Under the pieces are notes generated by a model. The model was not told the origin of the DNA, did not search any database, and worked only from the letters and a program-made list of their open reading frames with translations. This document shows positions 50,452 through 61,400 of a DNA stretch of 64,000 nucleotides, piece by piece. Each line of letters begins with the position of its first letter. The first letter of the stretch is position 1. This stretch comes from Planctomycetota bacterium (GTDB lineage: Bacteria > Planctomycetota > UBA11346), in the NCBI GenBank assembly GCA_038213805.1, contig JBBQSO010000004.1, positions 32,001 to 96,000 of the forward strand. The letters are read 5' to 3'. A program made the position numbers and the translations under genes.

Positions 50452-51141
50452 TCAGCCAGGAGAGACGCGGACATGGCAGACATAGAAAAGGTTGATGTCG
50501 GCGACGGGTACGCGCAGGGGATACCACAGCTGGGATGCAACCTCGAAGTGATATCGTATGAAGGTCGTCAGATTGTAGATCGAATTGACGTGATCGGCGG
50601 CCTGGATGTAGTCGTAGGGTAGGTTGAGCTTGTGGGCGTTCCGGCGTGGACCCAGGTACCTGCCGAACCGCCACAGCATGCCGGGATCGCAAGGCAGGAC
50701 GATGGAGAGCAGTCCGCCCGGCTTGACGACCCTGTTCCATTCCTGCAGCACCGCGACCGGATTCGGGATGTGCTCAAGGACATGGGTGGCGATCAGACGG
50801 TCGAATGAGTGGTCGGGATAGCCCAGTCTGGTCGCATCCTGCTTCTCGATGCGCAGGCGGCCGGTGGCGACCCGGTCCAGGTGGCGTTCGTTGGCTACTC
50901 TCAGCATGGCATCGCTGCCGTCGGTCATAACGTACAGCTTCTCCTTGCCATCGACGTAGCTGTAATGATGCCCTGAGCCGGCGCCGACTTCGAGGATGGT
51001 GTCCGGGGTGAATCCCGCCGGCAGGCTGTTTTCGAGCAGGCGGTGGCTCTTCTGCAGGAAGCCTCCGGCCAGGGTCCTCGTCGTGTTGTTCTTCTCGTAT
51101 CCTTCGACGTAGAGGTTCTGATATTCAGGAACAGCTTTCAT
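50452..51141 (-). CDS. Class I SAM-dependent methyltransferase
   Basis: LEVGAGSG, QDA, FDRLIATHVLEHI, VVKPGG. Confidence 0.88.
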   Translation of the reverse strand: MKAVPEYQNLYVEGYEKNNTTRTLAGGFLQKSHRLLENSLPAGFTPDTILEVGAGSGHHYSYVDGKEKLYVMTDGSDAMLRVANERHLDRVATGRLRIEKQDATRLGYPDHSFDRLIATHVLEHIPNPVAVLQEWNRVVKPGGLLSIVLPCDPGMLWRFGRYLGPRRNAHKLNLPYDYIQAADHVNSIYNLTTFIRYHFEVASQLWYPLRVPVADINLFYVCHVRVSPG

Positions 51142-51348
51142 AGGCCTCCTCGGTCGGGCAAGGTCGGGAGGATAGGCCGAGCCTCTGTGGAATCCAGTGC
51201 GTTTGCCCGAAAAAGTCGGCTTCGATTGAACGATGCCATCAACAGAACCCGGGTGCGGCCGCCACGGCGATGTGAGATGTGATTCCGCGAGACGACACGA
51301 GACGCATTGGGGATTGGGTCGCGGATGTCGTGGTCGACCGGCCGTTCT

Positions 51349-53826
51349 TCAGGGTAGCCGTCGCTGTTTCGTCCCGCGCAAAGAGCAGCGCCTGAATTCG
51401 ACTGCGGATTCCGTATGACCTGACGCATAGACGATGGCGGTAGCCGCATTCGCGGGTGCGATGACCTCCTGGGATTCCTCGCCCCACTCGGGGCCTGACT
51501 CAAAGACCTGGATGGTCGTCGTGATGAATGCGCCTGAGGAATCCAGCCAGTTGATCTGGCTGCGATATTGGGCCCGTCCGGATACACTGCGTACCGAGAC
51601 CTGGTTGAGATAGCGCCCCCCTGGTCGGATCGCGACCGCCTGCGAGGCGGGCCGGCTAACCGAGACCCTTATGGCATGCGCAGCAGGGTCGAAGCATTCG
51701 CCCTCAGGCAGGTTCCATCGGTGCGCCGTGACGAAGTCCGGCTCCTCGAGGAGCTCTGTCGGGTATTGCGCCCCCGGTTTTAGCCTGCGTACCGAATAGG
51801 TGCCGAAGCTTTGGACGTCTTCGGTCAGGTCAGCGACGAGGGCAGTAGGGGCGGGACCGAGGGAGGATTTGCTATGCTCCTCATCGAAGATGAGGAGCCC
51901 GATCTCATTCTCCTGGAAGACATTCAGCATTTCCTCGGCGCTCTTCGCCTGCGCGAGGGCATCGAGGAACCGGTCGTTGTACCAGTTGGCATAGAGGGCT
52001 CGCGCGGCGAGGCCTGCGCCCATGGTTGGGGCGATGAAGGCCACGGGCTGGTGCTGTGTATTGAGCGCGTTGACGAAGGCCACCGCCCTGCGGATCGGGA
52101 TCCTTTTCGCAATGTAGTCATCGCGGTCGGCCTGGCTCAGAAGTGACCGCCACGGCATGATCGGATAAGTCCATGACGCGCCTGCGCTCCAGAACAAGAG
52201 GTTCAGCCCGAGCGTAAGCAGGCTTGTCGCAGTCCATGCCCAGCCCGCCCGGTAAGACGCTGCTTCCGCGATGGCGACGCCAATTCCCGCTATCAGCAGC
52301 GGCCATGCCGGGAAGACATAGCGGAGGTAGGCGGTCTGTGCGAAGACCAGGGCCACGAAGGCGGCGCCCACTGCGATGAGGAGCAGAGCCTTGCGTCCCT
52401 GGGGGAAAGCCAGGACGGCGATCGAAGGCAGGAGCAGGAGGAGCCATTCAAAACCGCCTGCGCCGGGATAGGACTCGAGGTGGAGATGCGATTCGAATGT
52501 CACCTCATAGGGGGTGCGTATGCCCAGGCCGTGGCCGAAAAGGGACGACGATTCAAAATTGGTCGGCTTGAAGAACGGCGATTTGAAGAATCCGTTGCAG
52601 AACGGAAAAACCGGATTTCCGGTGACCAGCCATGCGTACGCGTAAGGGGCGCCGCCGGCGCAAGCACCCGCGATTGCGGCCAAGCCGAGGAAGCTCGCGT
52701 CCCTGGGATCCGGGCGCTTGCGCGCGTTCACGATGAAGGCGATGAGGACGAGCGGTACGAGCAGCGCGCTGATGGTCTTCGTCGCCACTGAGAAGCCGAG
52801 CAGGATGGCTGTCAGGACCAGGCGCCAGCCCGGATGGGCTTCGCCGGGGTGGGCACGCAGCGCCACGAGGACTGCGGCGGTGGTGAATGCGGTCCAGACC
52901 GATTCAATGAACAGCGAGGCCCCTTCGGTGAAGGTGAGCGGGCTGGCGACGAAGAGCAGCATCGCCCAGCGCGCGCCGCCTAGGGTTCCTCCCGCCCAAA
53001 GCACCAGTTCCCGGATCAGCAGCGCCGTGACCAGTAGGGCCCCCATGTTGATGAGCCTCGTCGCGGCTTCGCCGCCCAGCATGTAGCCGATAGCGTACAG
53101 CCAGTCGCCGTCCATGGGCATGACCGCCCAGACATAGGTGGTGAATTCGAAGGACCACTGGTGGCCGCTGGCGAGTTGTGCCGGCACGAACAAGTGCATG
53201 GCCAGGGCATCGGAACCGACCTCGGGCAGCAATGCGATGAGGAATGACAGCGCGGCGATGACGACGAGTGGCGCTTCCAGCCAGCCGCATCCCATGCCAT
53301 CTAGCGGATTATCCCTGGTGGCAAAGATGCCGCGGACGCCAGCAGCCAAGGGCCTCAGCGCGCGGCCCGCGTAGAGGATGGGCAGAGTAAGGAGGACTGC
53401 ATAGACGCCGGGGTAGTTGATGGGCAGGTGGGCGATCAGCCCGATGACGGTCGCGTGGAGGCCGGCGCCCAGGGCCAGTGATACTGCCGGACCCTGGTTG
53501 GTTCCACCGAGGGCCCTCGTCACCGCTCCGCCGAGAGCGAAGCAGGAGAGGGCGAGCCAGGAAACCACCAGCAGGGGCCAGACACTGCCCGTGCCCACCG
53601 CGAGGGCTCCGATGGCGAGGGCCCCGATGGCGAGCGGCGAGCGGCGGGTGATCGCAGCGCCGATGATGAGGGCCGCCGATGCCACCGCGATCAGGATCAG
53701 GTGGTGTGGATCCGCACCCGTCCAAGGTATGCGACAGAGCCCGTAGATAGTTATGGCCATTCCGGTCAGAAGGGCTGACCAGAACGCGACCGGCTTGAGC
53801 ATGCCCATGGCGCGGAGCGGGATCAT
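51349..53826 (-). CDS. Large polytopic membrane protein, GT-C (ArnT/PMT-like) glycosyltransferase candidate with C-terminal beta-sandwich domain
   Basis: Many hydrophobic segments, DALAMHL loop motif, TGNPVFPF.N, LRY..P; soluble C-terminus resembling a carbohydrate-binding module. Confidence 0.65.
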   Translation of the reverse strand: MIPLRAMGMLKPVAFWSALLTGMAITIYGLCRIPWTGADPHHLILIAVASAALIIGAAITRRSPLAIGALAIGALAVGTGSVWPLLVVSWLALSCFALGGAVTRALGGTNQGPAVSLALGAGLHATVIGLIAHLPINYPGVYAVLLTLPILYAGRALRPLAAGVRGIFATRDNPLDGMGCGWLEAPLVVIAALSFLIALLPEVGSDALAMHLFVPAQLASGHQWSFEFTTYVWAVMPMDGDWLYAIGYMLGGEAATRLINMGALLVTALLIRELVLWAGGTLGGARWAMLLFVASPLTFTEGASLFIESVWTAFTTAAVLVALRAHPGEAHPGWRLVLTAILLGFSVATKTISALLVPLVLIAFIVNARKRPDPRDASFLGLAAIAGACAGGAPYAYAWLVTGNPVFPFCNGFFKSPFFKPTNFESSSLFGHGLGIRTPYEVTFESHLHLESYPGAGGFEWLLLLLPSIAVLAFPQGRKALLLIAVGAAFVALVFAQTAYLRYVFPAWPLLIAGIGVAIAEAASYRAGWAWTATSLLTLGLNLLFWSAGASWTYPIMPWRSLLSQADRDDYIAKRIPIRRAVAFVNALNTQHQPVAFIAPTMGAGLAARALYANWYNDRFLDALAQAKSAEEMLNVFQENEIGLLIFDEEHSKSSLGPAPTALVADLTEDVQSFGTYSVRRLKPGAQYPTELLEEPDFVTAHRWNLPEGECFDPAAHAIRVSVSRPASQAVAIRPGGRYLNQVSVRSVSGRAQYRSQINWLDSSGAFITTTIQVFESGPEWGEESQEVIAPANAATAIVYASGHTESAVEFRRCSLRGTKQRRLP

Positions 53827-53872
53827 CGGCAGGCGTGAAGCGCGCTGGCCGAGCTTCGTGCGGTGCCACTCA

Positions 53873-55030
53873 TCATCGGGCGCTCGCCTGCTGGAGAAAT
53901 GAGGGGACGTGGTGGATGCCGGGGATCGAGAAGAACTTTCCGACGGCCTCGATCGTGCGCATCGCAGCGAGGCCGTCGCCATAGGGTGACGCCCCGGTGG
54001 ACATTGCTTTATAGGCGGCACCGTCACGCAGCAGGACATCTGCCTCCTGACGGATGAGGGCCGTCGAATCGCCGACCAGCTTGACCACGCCGGCCGCCAC
54101 GGCCTCGGGGCGTTCCGTCTCCCGTCGTAGCACCAGCACCGGCTTGCCGAGGGCGGGCGCCTCCTCCTGGACCCCGCCGGAGTCGCTGAGGATCAGGTGC
54201 GCCTTCTTCATGGCTGCCACGAATCGGCCGTAGGGCAGTGGTTCCACCAGGCGCACCCGGGGGTGGCCGCCCAGGCGCTCGTGCACCGGCTTCTTCACGT
54301 TCGGATTGGGGTGGACTGGCCATAGGATCTCGACGTCGGGGTGGCTTGCGAGGATGCCTTCGATGGCGGTGATGATGTCGCTGAGTGGCTTGCCGAAGTT
54401 CTCGCGCCGATGGCAGGTGACCAGTACGGTGCGCAGAGCCGGGTCGAGGTCGATGCCGAGGTCGACGCCGCGTTCGATCGCCATGTGCAGGGCGTCGATG
54501 ACGGAATTCCCGGTGACTTCGATCTTCGTTCCGGCGACGCCTTCGCGCAGCAGGTTCTCGCGCGCGGATTCAGTGGGGGCGAGATAGAGGCTGGTGACGC
54601 GGTCGGCGACGACGCGATTGAACTCCTCGGGGAAGGGATTGAGCATGTCGCAGCTGCGCAGCCCGGCCTCGACGTGGGCGAACGGGATGCGCCGGTAGAA
54701 GGCGACCATCGCGCTGGTCATCACCGTGGTGGTGTCGCCCTGGGCGATCACCATGTCCGGGGCCATCTTCACGAACGCCTCGTCGAGACCGGTTACGGCC
54801 CTGGCGGTCAGCCCGGACAGCGACTGGTCCGGGAGCATCAGATCGAGGTCGACGTCGGGGACGATCCCGAAGATCGAGAAGACCTCGTCCGCCATCTCGC
54901 GATGTTGCGCGGTCGCGACGACGCGCACGTCGGCCCAGGTCTGGCGGCGCAGGGCAAGGATGATGGGAGCCATCTTTATGGCCTCGGGCCGGGTGCCGAC
55001 GACGCAGGAAAAGATCCGTTTTCTGTTCAT
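53873..55030 (-). CDS. wecB: UDP-N-acetylglucosamine 2-epimerase (non-hydrolysing)
   Basis: GTRPEAIKMAP, QGDTTT, HVEAGLRS, PEE.NR, HRRENFG, DSGGVQEEA, ERPE. Confidence 0.96.
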   Translation of the reverse strand: MNRKRIFSCVVGTRPEAIKMAPIILALRRQTWADVRVVATAQHREMADEVFSIFGIVPDVDLDLMLPDQSLSGLTARAVTGLDEAFVKMAPDMVIAQGDTTTVMTSAMVAFYRRIPFAHVEAGLRSCDMLNPFPEEFNRVVADRVTSLYLAPTESARENLLREGVAGTKIEVTGNSVIDALHMAIERGVDLGIDLDPALRTVLVTCHRRENFGKPLSDIITAIEGILASHPDVEILWPVHPNPNVKKPVHERLGGHPRVRLVEPLPYGRFVAAMKKAHLILSDSGGVQEEAPALGKPVLVLRRETERPEAVAAGVVKLVGDSTALIRQEADVLLRDGAAYKAMSTGASPYGDGLAAMRTIEAVGKFFSIPGIHHVPSFLQQASAR

Positions 55031-55085
55031 TTGAATCCTGGTGGTAAGCGGTTGAGATGCTTCCGGGGTAGCCTGTTACAGGCCA

Positions 55086-56570
55086 TCATCTCCTTGAGAA
55101 GATTGCGTGCAATTCGGTGGCCTGACCGCCGTTGGCAAAATGCCGATATTCCAAATCGACGGCTTGGTGGATGAGCAAAAGGTCCTCATCCCTGGAAGTA
55201 TCGTAATTTTCGCAATAGGCTTGATCGAGGATCCGCCACAAAAAGCTGTTGCGACGATAGAGTTCCACCGGATCGAAGAAGCGCATCATCAGGTTCTCGA
55301 GTTCGACGGCCCGTATCCCTTCGAAGCATGTGGATGAGCAGTCGTAGTTGGGCAGGTGAGCATCTGTCGGATTGCCAGGCATGAGTCGATTCTTGCGGAA
55401 ATGTTCGGGAAGGCTCGCGAAAAAGCCATCTGCGACGTCATATGCCCTCGGATCGAGCCGGGCGCCGTTTGCGCCAATGTACTCTCCTATTGACCAGATT
55501 TCTCCGTTTTTGTCGAGATTAAGGGAAAGTTGAGCGAACAAGCGTTCTAGCTCGACGACGTGATGCAACCCCGATACACAAACAATGACATCGAATTTCT
55601 CCTGAGGTAAAATAATCGAATTGATGTTTCCGCAAATCACATCCGCGGTGGCGTTGGGCGGGAGCCTTGAGGCGGCTCTTGAAAGCAGCCCGGGATTGAG
55701 GTCCACTAGAGTGATGTGTACCGGTGCCTCACAAGCCGAGATCAGCGAGGTTTCTATGCGTGCCTCTCCAGAGCAGAGTGAAAGCATCCGGACGCGTCCT
55801 TTCTGCTTTCCCAAGGAGTTCAGCCGACCGTGAAAATCAGGTGGTCGCTTCTCCAGTTTCGTTTCCAATAACCGGTGCGCGAAGGAATAGGCGTTCTCGC
55901 TCACCCGCATACTCGAAGTCAGATGCTGCGTAGCTTCCTGAACTGCTGCTGGCTTAGGCGGAGCTGCGGCAACCGGCCCTCGTGTTGGGTGAAGATGCTC
56001 GGCGGAGGTCTCTGACGTGTACATGGAATGGGAGTACGTTTCGGCGAAAACAGAGAGCTCGTTCTTGTTGCGAAGGGCAGCGTAGCTGCGAGCCATTTCC
56101 AGACCGCTGTCGATCCTTGGGCAGGCCGAGAGCTCGTAGAGTGCGAGCCAATCACCGCACGGATCGTGGTCGGTTCCTGCTCCGATACAAATCTCGATGA
56201 AGCCGGTTTCTCCACCAAGGCACGCTAAATCGATGCAAGCGCGGAGAGGCGCTTGAGTCGCCTTCGTGCCCAGGGGAATCGAAATGAGTGGGTGCGCGAC
56301 TTGTTTGCACGCGAACGCGATGTTGACCACCAAGCCGTCGCGGCTGATCGCAGGCAGTCCATGGGCAAATGTAATGTTTAGCACCCAGTCTCTGCCAGGC
56401 GGGACGGTGAACGCTTTGCCGATGCGGGCCGTCTCCCCGGCTAGGATGATCATGCATGCCCGTGCTGGGGGCAAGTGGGCTGGGACGAGCCACCGTGATG
56501 GCAAGAGGTGCGCCAGATCTGGTGAGAAGTGGACGGGTGTCTCGTTGTCGAAGATCAGGGGAACATTCAT
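55086..56570 (-). CDS. Class I SAM methyltransferase with N-terminal accessory domain; lower GC than flanks
   Basis: MLSLCSGEA, VDLN, FDVIVCVSGLHHV, EYIG, FEGIR. Confidence 0.72.
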   Translation of the reverse strand: MNVPLIFDNETPVHFSPDLAHLLPSRWLVPAHLPPARACMIILAGETARIGKAFTVPPGRDWVLNITFAHGLPAISRDGLVVNIAFACKQVAHPLISIPLGTKATQAPLRACIDLACLGGETGFIEICIGAGTDHDPCGDWLALYELSACPRIDSGLEMARSYAALRNKNELSVFAETYSHSMYTSETSAEHLHPTRGPVAAAPPKPAAVQEATQHLTSSMRVSENAYSFAHRLLETKLEKRPPDFHGRLNSLGKQKGRVRMLSLCSGEARIETSLISACEAPVHITLVDLNPGLLSRAASRLPPNATADVICGNINSIILPQEKFDVIVCVSGLHHVVELERLFAQLSLNLDKNGEIWSIGEYIGANGARLDPRAYDVADGFFASLPEHFRKNRLMPGNPTDAHLPNYDCSSTCFEGIRAVELENLMMRFFDPVELYRRNSFLWRILDQAYCENYDTSRDEDLLLIHQAVDLEYRHFANGGQATELHAIFSRR

Positions 56571-56577
56571 GGTTGTG

Positions 56578-58455
56578 TCAAGCTCTCGGTTGCGGATCGC
56601 GATAGGCATGGGGCTGCCATGGCCCCCATTTTTTCTCGTAAATAGCTCGATTGTTCTCGAAGAGCGCCTTCTTCCTCGCGGCGGCGAGCTGGTTGAAACT
56701 CGCGGACAGTTCGTGGTGGATGAAGACATCATCGGCCACGGCGACCTTAAATCCGGCTGCGCGCACGCGGTTGCAGTAGTCGTCGTCCTCGAACATGCCG
56801 ATTCCGAACGCCTCGTCGAGCGATCCGACCTGTTCGAAGACCCGGCGCGAGAACATCACGCAGAAGAATGCCGCGGAGCGCACGGGAATTGCCTGGCCAC
56901 GGCGCGCTTCGACGTAACGCCGGGAGCGGGTCAGCATCTCGTCCATGCCGTGGTAGACGATGTCGAGTTTGGCCTCGTTGCCGATGTTGTTCGTCACCGG
57001 ACCGAGCAGCCCGAGGCCGGGATCGCGGTCGAAATGCCTGAGCAGGTCGATGATCCACGAGGTCGTCACGTGCGTGTCGTTGTTGAGTAGGACCAGGTAG
57101 TCGCCCGTCGCCTTCGCCAAGCCGACGTTGTTGCCCGCGGCGAATCCGACATTGGTGTCGTTCAGGATGATATAGGTGGCGGGGTTGCTCCTCCCCCATT
57201 CGGTGAGCCAAGCCGGTGACCCATCGCTCGAGGCATTGTCGACCACGATCAGCTCGAGGTCGGGATAGTGCGACAGCGCCGTGATGCTGGCCAGGCAGCG
57301 CTTGGTGAGTTCGAGATTGTTGTAGGTCAGGACGATGACGCTGACCCTGGGCATCCTGCTTCGGATCGCCTTGAGGAGATCCAAGGAGCGATTAGCCCAG
57401 GTCTGCTTGCGGGCCCATGCGCACCGGCGCGCCGCGAGAGCGGCATCGCCGATCTCGTCGAGGGCGGCCCCCAGGGCGCGCTCGAAGGAGACTGGGTCGG
57501 CGCCAATGTGGACGAGGCCCGGCTCGGATTGGGCGACTAGGGCGACCTCCGGCATAGCGGTCCCCACGAATGGCTTTCCGGCCGCGAGGTACTCGTACAT
57601 CTTCACCGGATTGGTGTAGAGGATCAGTTCGGTGAGTTGGAACGGTATCATGCACACGTCGAAGCCGTGCACGTACCGGGGCAGCTCCTGGTACGGGACC
57701 TCGCCGGTCATCAGGACATTCGGCAGCCCTTCCACCGCGGCGGTCTCGCAGCCGTGCGTCGAACCGATCAGGACGAAGGTCCAGCCGGGATTTCTCCTCG
57801 CGCAGTGCGCGACCAGGGGCATGTCATACCAGTGCGAGATCGCTCCGAAGTAGCCGATCACCGGGCCCGGGGCGAAACGGACGATCTCTGCGGGCCTGAC
57901 GGCGAAGTGCTCGACGTCGCAGGCGTTGCGTACCAGCTCGCTCGCGCGCAGCTTGGCGACCACCTCGCGCAGCCCCGCCGAGGTCGTGATGACCAGGTCC
58001 GCCTCCCGGATCAGGTGATCCTCCTGGTCGAGCATCGCCTTCTCGTTGTTGAGGAAGCCCGGATGGTAGTCCATGCAGTCGTAAACGGTGAAGTTGCCCT
58101 GCCAGCCGCAGACCGCCTCGCGCCAGAACGGGAGGTCGATGATGGAGACGACCGTCCTGAGTCCGCATTCGCGGCGCAGGCGGTCGAGCGATTCGCGTAG
58201 AGCGAGGATCTGCTCTGGACTGGGAATCTGCTTGTACACGGAGGGATGCGGCAGGGGGCAGCTGAGGGAGATCAGGAACACGTTGGAGCTCGGCGATTCC
58301 CAGAAGAGGTAGGGCCGGCCCTCGGCCGGGTCGACGAACTCGATGGTCAGGTAAAAGACCCGCGAGCCGAGCCGGCCGAGCTCTGCGGCCAGCTGCTGGG
58401 GCCGCTGGAAGCGGAAATGCCAGTTGATGACCGGGAAGACCACTACGTCAAACAT
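56578..58455 (-). CDS. Two-domain glycosyltransferase (GT-B/GT4-like plus GT2)
   Basis: W.FRFQRPQQ, YDCMD, GYFGAI, NPVKMYEYLAAGKP; then VLTYNN, VDNASSD, LLNNDT, FEDDD. Confidence 0.88.
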   Translation of the reverse strand: MFDVVVFPVINWHFRFQRPQQLAAELGRLGSRVFYLTIEFVDPAEGRPYLFWESPSSNVFLISLSCPLPHPSVYKQIPSPEQILALRESLDRLRRECGLRTVVSIIDLPFWREAVCGWQGNFTVYDCMDYHPGFLNNEKAMLDQEDHLIREADLVITTSAGLREVVAKLRASELVRNACDVEHFAVRPAEIVRFAPGPVIGYFGAISHWYDMPLVAHCARRNPGWTFVLIGSTHGCETAAVEGLPNVLMTGEVPYQELPRYVHGFDVCMIPFQLTELILYTNPVKMYEYLAAGKPFVGTAMPEVALVAQSEPGLVHIGADPVSFERALGAALDEIGDAALAARRCAWARKQTWANRSLDLLKAIRSRMPRVSVIVLTYNNLELTKRCLASITALSHYPDLELIVVDNASSDGSPAWLTEWGRSNPATYIILNDTNVGFAAGNNVGLAKATGDYLVLLNNDTHVTTSWIIDLLRHFDRDPGLGLLGPVTNNIGNEAKLDIVYHGMDEMLTRSRRYVEARRGQAIPVRSAAFFCVMFSRRVFEQVGSLDEAFGIGMFEDDDYCNRVRAAGFKVAVADDVFIHHELSASFNQLAAARKKALFENNRAIYEKKWGPWQPHAYRDPQPRA

Positions 58456-61400
58456 GCGCGGGTTCTCCGCTGGCGATGGCCTGGGCGCGGACGCCATCGC
58501 TGATCTCCTCGGAAGGCCAGACCGCGAGGCGGCTGAGCAGGCCGGTAAGCTGCGCTCTGGCCGCGTCCGGGCTCCAGTGGGTACGTGCGAAGGTCAGGCA
58601 GGCGGCCGACATGCGCGTCCAGCGGGCATCATCGCCGAGCAAGGACGCGATCGCCTGCGCGAACTCCTCTGGGCTCGTGGCGGTCACGACTTCCTGGGCA
58701 CTGAGGTCCATGCCTTCAGCCGCCACCGGCGACACCACCACGGGTACGCCATGCGCGATCGAGGTCGCCACCTTCCCCTTGAACCCTGCACCCCAACGCA
58801 GCGGTGCGACCGTGGCGCGGACGCCAGCCAGCAAGGCGGCGAGATCCGGGACATGGCCCAGCACACGGATGCCGCCGCCGGCCAGCGACTCGATGTGGGG
58901 TGGTGGGTCGGCGCCGACGATGGACAACTCGGCGTCCGGCAGACGTGCGCGCACCAGCGGCCAGATGCTACTGGCCAGGTGGATCACCGCATCGATGTTG
59001 GGGCGGTGGGCGAAGCTGCCGATGAAAGCCAGCCCGCGGCGCCGGGTGATGGCCGGCACCGTGGTGGGAACGCGGACGATCCAGGGCAGCAGCGCCACCG
59101 TCGACTTAGGCGAGTGCGTGAGCAACAGGGTGCGTTCGTAGGAGCTGTGGATAACGGTCGCCGCCGCGGTCGAAATGACGCTCAACTCCTCGCCCTGCTC
59201 GCGCTTGGCCCTGGCCGCCGCCGCCGCATCGCCGGTGATCTCGGCTTCGCGGCTGCTGCGCAACCAGTGGAGATCGGCCGGGATGAAGAGACGTTTCGCG
59301 TGCGGGGCGTGGCAGGTCACATCACCGAGCACGCTTAGCGCGACGTGGTGGCGGACCATGGCGATCACCTCGAACCGGTTCCCCTGCGATGTGAGCAGCG
59401 CCCGCACATCGGGAACGTGCGGCGGTTCCATGACCTCGATGCCGGCACGTCGGAGGGCGAGGGCGGCGGGGGAGCCGGGAGTGCCGGCAGCGAGGGCGAC
59501 GAAGCAGACGTGGTAGCCCAGCATGCGGAAGGCGAGCATGAACTCGCTCAGGAACGCGGACCCCGCGTCCCGGTCGGGTGTCGGCAGCTGGTGATCGATG
59601 ACCAGCAGCCGGCGCGCGATTCTGGCGCGGCCCGTGCCGCTTGTGGTAGCCGTTCCGGGGAGCCGGTGCGCCTGCAGCACCGCCGACCAGTGCGCCGCGA
59701 AGATCGTGCGGTTGCGCTCTTGGAGGTCCTTGATGCCGCGCCCGGGCGCATCCCCACACGAGGCTCCGCCGTGGTGGTAGACGGTGGACAGCGGCTGGTA
59801 GACGACAGTGCGACCCGCGGCGCGGATCCTGAAGGCGAGGTCGGTGTCCTCGTAGAAGGCGGGCGCGAAGCGTTCGTCGAACCCACCGAGCGCCCGGAAG
59901 AGCGCTGCGTCGACGAGCAGGCACGCGGCGGAGCAGTAGTCGACCTCGCGGAGGTGAGCGAACTGAGGAGACTCTGGATCGCAGTGCATGCCCCAGTTGG
60001 TGGCGGAACCGTCCCTCCATACCAGGCTGCCAGCTTCCTGCAGCCTGCCGTCGGGGAAGACCAGCCTGGCTCCAACCGCGCCGATGCGCTGGTCGCCCAG
60101 CGCGGTGGCGACCAACTCAGTGAGCCATCCCGGGGTGACCTGGGTGTCATTATTCAGCAGGCAGATCCACCGGCCCCTGGCCCGATGCGCCGCCAGGTTG
60201 CAGTTGCGCAGGAAGCCGAGGTTGGTCTCGGACCTCACCACCGTGAGGTCCGCGATCGCGCCGGCCTCGAAGTGCGTAGCGTCGTTGCTGGCATCGTCGG
60301 CCAGGATGATCTCGAAGGTGATCCCTGTGGTCCATTCGGAGATGCTGCGCAGGCAGGCGGCGGTCAGCGCCCAGTTGTTGTAGACCGGGATGATAATGCT
60401 TACCTCGACTGACGGGGAATGCGACAGCGTCATGTCGGACGCGCTGGGGCCGGGGGACGCGGGTGCGGGTACGGGCGGCGGGCGTACCGGTTGGAATCCC
60501 CCTGGCGCGGGCATTGCGGCGGGCGAACGCGCGATCGCCGGAGCGTGGCGGCGGAGAATTTCGCCGTGCAGCTGCTGGAAGCGCATCCACGCTTCGGCCA
60601 CATCGCCGTGCGCGAGCAAGCGGATGGCGGTGCGCCATTTCGTCAGTGGCTGGGCTGCGAGGATGCGCATGGGACTGCGCAGAGCAGTGCCGGTCATCTC
60701 GAGCATCATCCGCGCGCGGGAACCGCGCGGCGCCACGCGCGCCGCCCAGGTGCGCGGAGCACGCGGGCGTTCGGCAAGCCGTTGCGCGTGCCAGCGCTGA
60801 TCGAGCCCATTCGCGAGCCAGCCCAAGTCACCGCGCAACAGGCACCACCCGCCCCGTAACGGGTGCCGGAGCAGCGTAAAAAGCGCCTTGGCCAGCAAGC
60901 GGCGTCGCGAACCGGTCGGGACCACCCGGTCGCGCAGCCGCCAGTAGCAGGCGATCATGCGGTAGCCGTGCCCGCCCTGAATGCGCTGCAGCTCTCTGGT
61001 CAGCAGGGCGTACTCGCCCTTGGTCTGCCCGGCCTCGCTGGTGAGCCGGTATAGCTCCAGCTCACACTTCCTGACCAGGGCCTTCATGTCGATAAGGCCA
61101 CTGGCCTGCGCATCGTCCTGCGCCATGGCGGTCGCGCCGAGGGGGATCCTGGCTTTTGAGAACGCGGACACGAGCTGCGTGGCGAGGTCGGCGGCGTGGC
61201 GTTCGTGGCGGGCTACTGCTTCCAGGGCATCGAGCAGGCGCTTGTCGGCGGCGAGTATGAGCTCCATTAACCCTTCCGCCTGGGTGGTCATCTGCACCTG
61301 CTTCGTGTCCAGTTCGGTGAGGACCCGGGTGATCTCGAGGTTGCGCTCCCCGAGCCGCTCTTCCAGCTGCTTCCGCTCTGCATCCTGCTCCTGACCCTTG

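Noticed and set aside
51436..51443. ops-like GGCGGTAG
   Set aside because: On the strand opposite to the operon and inside a coding region
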